From Syntrophobacterales bacterium (GTDB lineage: Bacteria; Desulfobacterota; Syntrophia; Syntrophales; UBA2210): 55,275 bases of DNA. A model generated the notes under the pieces. The model made no database searches. It was not told the origin of the DNA and saw only the letters and a program-made list of their open reading frames with translations. Both the position numbers and the translations under genes were made by a program. Positions 8,469-16,498 of the stretch are shown in pieces; position 1 is the first letter of the stretch; every line of letters begins with the position of its first letter. The DNA is taken from positions 1-55,275 of the forward strand of contig JAGGXJ010000086.1 in the NCBI GenBank assembly GCA_021163105.1, written 5' to 3'.

Positions 8469-11162
8469 TCAGGCTGCTTCTATCTTTACCGCGCAGACCT
8501 TGTATTCGGGAATTTTCCCGATGGGGTCGAGCGCCGGATTGGTAAGAAGATTTACGGCTGCTTCACTGAAATGGAAATTCATAAATATGGTGCCCTCAGG
8601 TGGGGTATCAACCACACTGGCTTTTACCTTAAGGCTGCCACGCCGCGATGTAACCGTTATAAAATCGCCTTCTTTAATTTTCAGTTTTTCCGCATCCCTT
8701 GAATTTATCTCTGCCAGGCTCTCAGGATATCGTTCGTTGAGTCCCTCGCTTCTTCTTGTCATAGTTGCCGTATGAAAGTGATAGAGAACACGCCCGGTTG
8801 TAAGAATGAAAGGATATTCATTATCGGGCAGCTCATCCGAAGGTCTATAATCTATTGCGGAAAAGAGTCCCAATCCTCTGGAGAACTTACCCTTATGCAG
8901 ATATCTGGTACCGGGATGGTCCGTGCTGGGGCAAGGCCACTGAATCCCTTCCTCCTCTATGCGTTCGTAGGTAATGCCCGCGTAGCTGGGAGCCAAGCCG
9001 TTTATCTCGTCCATAATCTCTTTAGCGGAAGAGTAGCTCATAGCGTAGTTCATCTTTGTCGCCAGTTCGGAGATTATCTGCCAGTCAGCTTTTGCCTCAC
9101 CAGGTGCATCAACGGCCTTTCTTATACGTTGAACTCTCCTCTCCGTATTGCTGAATGTGCCATTCTTTTCGGCAAAACATGCTGATGGCAGCACCACGTC
9201 GGCAAGTTGTCCCGTTTCGTTCAGAAAGATGTCCTGTACAACAAGGATGTCAAGATTTTTAAGGGATGCCTCAACGTGGGTGAGGTCAGGATCGCTGACC
9301 ATCGGGTTTTCTCCCATGATGTAGAGGCCTTTAAGGTCTCCATCATGTGCCGCGTTCATAATTTCCATGATGGTGAGGCCGGGTTTTGCCGGCAGTGAAA
9401 CGCCCCATGACTTTTCAAATTTGGTCCTGGCATCATCATTTGCTATAGGCTGATATGCCGGGAGAACATTTGGAAGCGCACCCATATCGCAGGCGCCCTG
9501 GACGTTGTTCTGGCCTCTGAGAGGATTGACCCCGCCACCTTCCACTCCGACATTACCGCACAGCATTGACAGATTTGCGCAGGATTTAACGGCGTCCGTT
9601 CCGTGCGAATGCTGTGTAATGCCCATAGCATACAGGATGGACGCACTGTTTGCCTCCGCGTATATGCGAGCGGCAATTCTGAGATCATCGGCTGGTACCC
9701 CTGTAATGTCTTCGACATGGTCGGGGGTATATTTTGCGACGGTCTCTTTCATGGTCTCAAAACCCTCTGTACGATTCGCCACGTATTCCTTCGCGTAAAG
9801 TCTCTCATCAATGATTGAGTTCATCAGACCATTAAGAACGGCCACATTTGTGCCGGGTTTGGGACGCAGCCATATATCGGCATAGTCCACAAGGCCGATC
9901 TTTCTGGGATCGATCACGATCAGTTTGGCACCATGCTGGCGGACAGCCCTCTTTACGCCCGAGCCTATCACCGGGTGATTCTCTGTTGTGTTAGTTCCTA
10001 TCGCGAGAATTGCATCCGTAAATTCTATCTCTTCTATGGAATTGGTCATTGCGCCTGATCCGAATGTGGCAGCCAGACCGGCTACCGTAACGGAGTGTCA
10101 GAGACGGGCGCAGTGATCGATGTTATTTGTACCGATCACCGCTCTCATGAATTTCTGGAAGAGATAGTTTTCCTCGTTGGTACAGCGTGCCGAGGAGAGC
10201 CCCGCAATACTGTCAGGCCCGTCTTTCTCTTTTATAGAGGCAAATTTTTCTGCGATATAGCCGTAGGCCTCTTCCCAGCTTGCCGCTTTCAACTCTCCAT
10301 CCATGCGAATAAGAGGCGTTTTTAGGCGATCGGAATTGTCTATGAAGTTCATTCCAAATCTGCCCTTGGAACAGAGCATTCCATGATTGGGCTTGCCATA
10401 ATCCATATTTGTTGTGACCTTGACAACTTTTCCATCACTGACATTGAGGTCCATCTGGCATCCTACTCCGCAATAGGGGCATGTTGTGCGCACCTTTTTC
10501 ATTTCCCACGGACGCCCTTTAAACCTTGCCTGTTTGAATGTCAGGGCCCCGACGGGGCACGCGTCGACACATGCGCCACAGAACACACATTCGGAATCTA
10601 TGTAATCTGCGTCGAAGGCAGGGCTGACCTTTGTGTGTGATCCGCGCATTGAGAAGTCGAGAACTTCGTGAACCTGTATCTCATTACAGACTCGGATGCA
10701 TCTTCCGCAGAGGATACACTTGTTGAGATCTCTCTGTATCATGGAATTGGTGTCTTCTATCTCATATCCCGGGAGATCGATCTCAAAGCGGGGTTTTTCA
10801 ATGCCCAGTTCGTATATGAGATCCTGAAGTTCACAGTCTCCGTTCTTTTCACATTGAAGGCAGTTGTGATTTCCTGATGACCACAGAAGTTCCGCCACCA
10901 TCCTGCGGGCATTCATAACCTTTTCGGTATTGGTCTGCACAACCATGCCCGGACTTACAGGTGTGCAGCACGAAGCTTCAAGTTTTCCAGCAGTTCCAAT
11001 CTCGACAACACATACGCGGCAGGCACCTGCTGGTTTGGTGTTGGGATAATAGCAAAGGGTTGGAATATGTATCCCATTTTCTTTAGCAATTTCCAGAATG
11101 GTTTGTCCTGAAGATGCCTCTATCTTTTTCCCGTCAATTGTTAATGAAATTTTGTTGCCCAT
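8469..11162 (-). CDS. fdhA: Selenocysteine-containing cytoplasmic formate dehydrogenase alpha subunit (about 897 aa; the two track ORFs joined through UGA=Sec)
   Basis: ORFs 10098-11168 and 8469-10049 are in the same frame and read [27 protein letters not shown]; N-terminal 2Fe-2S and 4Fe-4S motifs, [26 protein letters not shown]; AGGAGG 7 nt before ATG 11162; no Tat signal. Confidence 0.95.
10062..10100 (-). other. Sec UGA codon and bacterial SECIS stem-loop
   Basis: UGA CAC UCC GUU AC-GGUAGCC-GGUCU-GGCUGCC; hairpin about 11 nt after UGA with a GGUCU loop, like the E. coli fdhF SECIS. Confidence 0.85.
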
Positions 11163-11173
11163 CTTCACTCCTC

Positions 11174-12895
11174 CTAACCCCTTTTTACGAGATCTTCAAA
11201 TTCACCCCTAAACTTTGCAACCATTGCTTCTATGGGCATTGCAAATGCATCGCCTGTAGGACACAATGTCAACCCTTTGATCGTGTCGCATGTATCAAGA
11301 ATAGTGTCAATATTTTCGATAGTTCCTTCACCGCTTGTCAGTTTCCCGAGCAAAACTTTGATGGTTTTTGAACCTTCTCTGCCAGGAACGCACTGCCCGC
11401 AGCATTCATGGGCATAAAAATTTATTGTCCGCAGGGCCAGCTCGGGAATAGACATGGTATCATTGATGACCATGATTCCACCGGAGCCAAGCATGGTGCC
11501 TGCTTTAGCACATGAATCGTAGTCCATCTTAAGGTCGCCTATTTCGTCAGCTTTTAAAATCGGCACAGACAGACCTCCGACAATAACAGCTTTCAAGTTT
11601 CCTTTTACCCCACCGGCTGTTTCGAGAATAACCTTAAGGGATGTTCCTAAAGGATACTCGTAAACCCCAGGTTTGTTGACATGACCGCTTACCCCATAGA
11701 GTTTAGGGCCAAAGTTTCCCTCAGTACCGATCTTTTTAAATTCCTGTACCCCTTTCTCCACGATAAAAGGAACACAGGAGAGTGTTTCTACATTGTTAAC
11801 AATGGTAGGAGAGCCATAAAGACCAACATTGGCAGGAAATGGAGGTTTGACTCTCGGGTTCCCTCTTTTGCCCTCTATAGACTCGATTAACGCTGTTTCT
11901 TCCCCGCAAACATATGAGCCGGCGCCCCGGTGAACTACAATATCAACATGATTGAGCTGGCCATCTTTTTTTGCCTGTCTTATGGCATTCTCAAGGATAT
12001 CCGCAATCCATCTAAATTCTCCCCGAATATAAATGAAGGCCTTTTCGGCTCCTATTGCATAAGCTGAAATGGCTATTCCCTCAATCATAAGATGCGGATC
12101 ATACTGCATGATTTGCCTGTCTTTAAAAGTTCCTGGCTCACCCTCATCCGCATTGCATATTAAATAGACAGGTCGAGAATTATCTTTAGGGAGAAACCCC
12201 CACTTCACTCCTGCGGGAAAACCGGCGCCACCACGTCCTCTAATCATCGATCCCTTAACCATGTCAACAATTTCAGATGGTTGCATCTTGAAGGTTTTTT
12301 TAAGTGCTTCATAACCACCACCCTTCTTATAAACGGTGATATCTGTAGCATCTGAAATGCCCCGATTTTTCAAAAGGATATTACACTCTGTCCCGAAGTT
12401 TGAAAACGTGTCAGGTTCAGGCATTTTACCGGACTTCAGCGATTCAACCAGTTCATCCACTTTCTCGATTGTTAAGTTTTCATAATACGTATCATTAACC
12501 TGAACCACAGGACAGGTGCCACAGGAACCAAGGTCTTCAACAGAGGAAAGGGTGAAGAGGCCATCGCCGGTTGTCCCCCCAACCTCGATTCCTAATTTTT
12601 TCTTGAGATGTTCAACAATTTCATATGCACCGGATAGGAAACCCGGTATATTTGTATCGACCTGCAGGTGATATTTACCTACCGGTTTAGTATTATACAT
12701 TGTATAATACGTCGTTACACCAAAAGCTCTGCTGTTAGGTACACCTACAATTTTAGCTACCTCTTTAATGTCTTCATTAGACAAAAAATTGTTGTTTTTA
12801 CGCTGGGCTATTTCTAAAGCAGGCATAAGGGCCGATTTTCTGGAAGGATAGAGATTAGCCAGCTCAGATACTCTTTCTTCTGTTTCTTCGTTCAT
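11174..12895 (-). CDS. Fused NuoE-NuoF-like NADH/FMN-binding subunit of formate dehydrogenase
   Basis: NuoE-like N-terminus (SALMPALEIAQ, TYYTMYN, GKYHLQV), then GRGGAGFPAG, CNADEGEPGTFKDR, GAGSYVCGEETAL, NNVETL, HECCGQC; no C-terminal ferredoxin domain. Confidence 0.88.
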   Translation of the reverse strand: MNEETEERVSELANLYPSRKSALMPALEIAQRKNNNFLSNEDIKEVAKIVGVPNSRAFGVTTYYTMYNTKPVGKYHLQVDTNIPGFLSGAYEIVEHLKKKLGIEVGGTTGDGLFTLSSVEDLGSCGTCPVVQVNDTYYENLTIEKVDELVESLKSGKMPEPDTFSNFGTECNILLKNRGISDATDITVYKKGGGYEALKKTFKMQPSEIVDMVKGSMIRGRGGAGFPAGVKWGFLPKDNSRPVYLICNADEGEPGTFKDRQIMQYDPHLMIEGIAISAYAIGAEKAFIYIRGEFRWIADILENAIRQAKKDGQLNHVDIVVHRGAGSYVCGEETALIESIEGKRGNPRVKPPFPANVGLYGSPTIVNNVETLSCVPFIVEKGVQEFKKIGTEGNFGPKLYGVSGHVNKPGVYEYPLGTSLKVILETAGGVKGNLKAVIVGGLSVPILKADEIGDLKMDYDSCAKAGTMLGSGGIMVINDTMSIPELALRTINFYAHECCGQCVPGREGSKTIKVLLGKLTSGEGTIENIDTILDTCDTIKGLTLCPTGDAFAMPIEAMVAKFRGEFEDLVKRG

Positions 12896-13010
12896 TTTGA
12901 CGCCCCCCCCAATTTTTATATTTTTATTCGTTTACTTGTTTATATAATCGCGCTTCTGCTGAATATGGTATAGAGCATAGTGCTTACCCCCATACCTTTT
13001 AATTGTCTCT

Positions 13011-13715
13011 CTATCCTTCAAAACTCAGATTTCTTTCCTTCTCTTCTTCTTTGTCTGTCTTTCGCTGGTCAACAAAAAATATTAAGCTCTCTAATTCACA
13101 GGCCATATCAACATCGGAGATAAAAACATCATCGTTTGTTCTTAAAGCGACCGGTGCAAAATTCAAAATCCCTTTTATGCCTGCACCCATAAGTTTGTCT
13201 GCTACATCTTGGGCCACATCAGGAAGCGTCGCAATTATTGCGATTTCCATATTGTCTGTTTTAATAACCTCAGCCAGATTTTCCACGCTGTGAATTTTGA
13301 CACCGGAAAAATTTTTACCTATCTTATTGTTGTCAATATCAAAGGCACAGATAATCTTAAGATGAAACTTGGAAAAACCTTCAAATCTTAAAAGAGCGCT
13401 CCCCAAACTTCCCACGCCGACTAAAGCTACTCTCCACTCCTTATCTATACCCAAAATAGATTCTAACTCACTTATTAACCTCTCAATTTCATACCCTACT
13501 CCTCGTTTACCAAATTCTCCAAAATAGGAGAGGTCTCTTCTGAATTGTTCGGGAGAAACATTTGAGCACTTTGATATCTCACCTGATGAGATAATCTTTA
13601 CATTATTTTCCTTGAATCTTCTCAAGTTCCTGAGATAGAGACTCAGCCTTCTGATTGTTTCTGCAGAAAAGCATTTTTTCTTAGTGCAGATTGTATGCTG
13701 TGATAATTTTCTCAC
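13011..13715 (-). CDS. rex: Redox-sensing transcriptional repressor Rex
   Basis: TIRRLSLYLR, QFRRDLSYFGEFGKRGVGY, LVGVGSLGSAL, GILNFAP. Confidence 0.93.
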   Translation of the reverse strand: MRKLSQHTICTKKKCFSAETIRRLSLYLRNLRRFKENNVKIISSGEISKCSNVSPEQFRRDLSYFGEFGKRGVGYEIERLISELESILGIDKEWRVALVGVGSLGSALLRFEGFSKFHLKIICAFDIDNNKIGKNFSGVKIHSVENLAEVIKTDNMEIAIIATLPDVAQDVADKLMGAGIKGILNFAPVALRTNDDVFISDVDMACELESLIFFVDQRKTDKEEEKERNLSFEG

Positions 13716-13734
13716 TTTGTTTATCCTTTCACAA
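13698..13734. promoter_or_regulatory. Candidate tandem Rex operators overlapping the rex RBS and start codon
   Basis: 13717-13734 reads TTGTGAA-AGGA-TAAACAA on the minus strand (consensus TTGTGAA-N4-TTCACAA); weaker CTGTGAT-AATT-TTCTCAC at 13698-13715. Confidence 0.6.
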
Positions 13735-13826
13735 GCTCATAACAAACGAATAAATCCATGTCAAGTAAAAACATTGCATTTCACATTTTTTTCTTGACAA
13801 TTCAAATTATAAGGTTTATTCGGAAG

Positions 13827-13841
13827 ATGACTCATGGTCAT
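13827..13841. promoter_or_regulatory. Candidate TetR operator palindrome
   Basis: ATGAC-TCATG-GTCAT just downstream of a TTGACA (13794-13799) promoter-like element, upstream of the TetR gene. Confidence 0.55.
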
Positions 13842-13922
13842 ACTTTGACCTTTGTTTAGTTATTGGCAACTGGCGGTAAATACAAAATCAGTTAAAACAA
13901 AATTGGAAACGGGAGTATAAAA

Positions 13923-14561
13923 ATGGCGCCTGGGGAACGTAGAAAGAGAGAAAAGGAGCAGAGAAGAAAGACGATTCTCAAGGCTGCCAGGAAACTGTTC
14001 TTTAAGCGAGGGTACAATCCAGTCACTGTTTCAGATATCGCGAAAAAGGTTGAATTGAGCAAAGGGGCGATTTATCTCTATTTCAGCAGTAAAGAGGAGA
14101 TATGTGCCCAAGTGCTGCTGGATGATATTGAAAAATTCCACGGTGAGGTGCTCCCGATATTCGAGGGAGGGGCCGGCGCGTCAGAAATATTTGCTGAGTT
14201 TGCCCATATGTATGTGGATTTTTTCCTGAAGGACAGGGAGCTGTTCAGGATGTTTATGAATTTCATGTTGCATGCCAATAATCTGAATCTGCCGGATGAT
14301 ACAAACAAGAGGATTATCCGGGAAACAAACAAGGCAGTCTCCGTTACTGAGAATATATTTCAATACGGAATTGACAAAGGTGAATTTACTCTCAGAAAAG
14401 AAGATATAAGAACCATGAGGAATACATTCTGGGGGATGCTTAACGGGATAATTTCACTTCACCTTTTCATAGGCAGAGAATCAACCAGAGAAGAGAGGAT
14501 ACGCTCCAATGTTAATAAATGTTTGGGCATTTTTATAGAGGGTCTAAAAAAAACTGAATGA
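13923..14561 (+). CDS. TetR/AcrR family transcriptional regulator
   Basis: ILKAARKLFFKRGY...VSDIAKKVELSKGAIYLYFSSKEEI helix-turn-helix. Confidence 0.92.
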   Translation: MAPGERRKREKEQRRKTILKAARKLFFKRGYNPVTVSDIAKKVELSKGAIYLYFSSKEEICAQVLLDDIEKFHGEVLPIFEGGAGASEIFAEFAHMYVDFFLKDRELFRMFMNFMLHANNLNLPDDTNKRIIRETNKAVSVTENIFQYGIDKGEFTLRKEDIRTMRNTFWGMLNGIISLHLFIGRESTREERIRSNVNKCLGIFIEGLKKTE

Positions 14562-14576
14562 GGAGGGTGCAGGATT

Positions 14577-16442
14577 ATGGGAAATACATTGGTTAACACG
14601 AGGGACCAGAGGTTCATTTTGTTTGAGCAGCTGGGTATCGAGGATCTTTTTACCGCCGGGAAGTATGAGGATTACTCGCAGGAAGTGGTTGACATGATGT
14701 TGACCGAGGCGGAGAAGATGGCTGTGGACGTCATTCTTCCCACCTACGATGTCGGTGACAGGGAAGGTGCTGTTTTCGCGGACGGAAAAGTTACCGTTCC
14801 GGCTTGTATTCATGATGCCCTTAAGAAGTTTAATGAGGGAGGGTGGGGCTGCGCCCCTGCGGATCCGGAAGTTGGAGGACAGAACGTGCCGCTCTGTGTG
14901 TGGAGCGCCTGTACGGAACTGCTTGACTCGGCAAATTTTGCGTTTATGATGTATCCTGGATTGACAATGGGAGCGGCTCATCTGATCTGGCTATACGGCA
15001 CGGAAGAACAAAAAAATACCTACATGTACAAGATGTTTGCCGGTGAATGGGGCGGCACCATGTGCCTGACAGAGCCGGGCGCGGGCAGTGATGTGGGGGC
15101 CACGAGGGCGATCGCAAAGAGACTGCCTGATGGTACCTTCAGTATCGAGGGTACGAAATCCTTTATCTCCTCCGGTGACAATGATCTTTATTCCAATATC
15201 ATCCATCCCGTTCTTGCCAGGATCGAAGGAGATCCTCCGGGGACAGGCGGGATTTCCATCTTTATCGTTCCCAAGTTCAAGGTGAATGAGGACGGGAGCG
15301 TGGGTGAATCCAATGATGTTATCACGGGCGGTATCGAGCACAAGATGGGTATAAAGGCATCAGCCACCGCTACGCTGAACTTCGGTGAAAACGGGAAATG
15401 TGTCGGTTACCTTCTGGGCAAGGAACGTGCCGGCATGAAGATAATGTTCGACATGATGAATAATGCCAGGTTGGAAGTAGGAATGCAGGGTCTCGGACAC
15501 GCGTCCGCATCTATGGAACATGCCGTTCAGTATGCTAAAGAGAGGATTCAGAGCAGGCACATTATGGAGATGACGCTTCCCGATGCGAAGGCAGTACCTA
15601 TTATCCAGCATCCCGATATCAGACGATCTCTCCTCTGGATGAAATCTCATGTCGAGGGCATGAGGGCGATGAACTATTTTGTTGGTTACTGCATCGATAA
15701 GGCAGAGACCACAACTGACGAAGCTGAAAAGAAAAAATGTAAAGGTTTCGTTGAAATCCTGACGCCCATCATCAAGGCCTATTGTTCTGACAAGGCCTGC
15801 GAGATCTGCTCGCTTGGCATCGATGTATATGGCGGTTACGGGTACATCCAGGAATATCCGATGGAACAGTATCTGAGAGACGCTAAAATTTCCTGTCTCT
15901 ATGAGGGGACAAACTATATCCAGGCACTTGATTTTGTTGGAAGAAAGATGGGTCAAAACAGGGGTATGAATCTTATGAACCTGTTTGGGCTGATTGATGC
16001 CGACATTAAGAAGGCCAAGGAGAACGATGAGTTAAAAGAATATGCAGAACATCTTGAGGAAGCCTACAATGCCGCTGTCGGCATTGCGATGCAGTTTGCC
16101 GAATGGGGCAAGAGCTCCAGCGTATTGCTTCCTATCATGAATGCGAGGCCGTACCTTATGGTTATGGGTGATCTTTTTGTCGGATGGCAGCTTATCCAGG
16201 CGGCGGTTATCGCTTCCGAAAAACTTGTTGCCATGTATGCCGAAGCCGGTGCGGAAGGTTCTCTGGCAAAGCAGAGGGCTCTTGCGCGGAAAAATGCGGA
16301 CGCCGCGTTCTATCAGGGAAAGATTGCATCAGCGAAATACTTTGCATGTAACGTCCTTCCGACAATTGAGGGCAGATGCAAATGTATTACACTGGCGGAT
16401 AAGACCCCCATTGAGATGCTGGAGGATTCTTTTGCGGTTTAA
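14577..16442 (+). CDS. Acyl-CoA dehydrogenase (long FadE type)
   Basis: GTMCLTEPGAGSD, GTKSFISSG, IEHKMGIKASAT, GGYGYIQEYPMEQYLRD, YEGTNYIQALD. Confidence 0.93.
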   Translation: MGNTLVNTRDQRFILFEQLGIEDLFTAGKYEDYSQEVVDMMLTEAEKMAVDVILPTYDVGDREGAVFADGKVTVPACIHDALKKFNEGGWGCAPADPEVGGQNVPLCVWSACTELLDSANFAFMMYPGLTMGAAHLIWLYGTEEQKNTYMYKMFAGEWGGTMCLTEPGAGSDVGATRAIAKRLPDGTFSIEGTKSFISSGDNDLYSNIIHPVLARIEGDPPGTGGISIFIVPKFKVNEDGSVGESNDVITGGIEHKMGIKASATATLNFGENGKCVGYLLGKERAGMKIMFDMMNNARLEVGMQGLGHASASMEHAVQYAKERIQSRHIMEMTLPDAKAVPIIQHPDIRRSLLWMKSHVEGMRAMNYFVGYCIDKAETTTDEAEKKKCKGFVEILTPIIKAYCSDKACEICSLGIDVYGGYGYIQEYPMEQYLRDAKISCLYEGTNYIQALDFVGRKMGQNRGMNLMNLFGLIDADIKKAKENDELKEYAEHLEEAYNAAVGIAMQFAEWGKSSSVLLPIMNARPYLMVMGDLFVGWQLIQAAVIASEKLVAMYAEAGAEGSLAKQRALARKNADAAFYQGKIASAKYFACNVLPTIEGRCKCITLADKTPIEMLEDSFAV

Positions 16443-16498
16443 GACATAATGAACGTGAATCAAGGCGCTTGTTTTATGCCTAATAAAGGAGGAATAAC

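Noticed and set aside
8469-11168. fdhA as two genes or a nonsense pseudogene, as split in the ORF track
   Set aside because: The stop is an in-frame UGA at the catalytic Cys/Sec position with a SECIS hairpin, so it is one selenoprotein
11174-12895. Part of a respiratory complex I (nuo) operon
   Set aside because: No other nuo genes; it is directly coupled to fdhA (11-nt gap)
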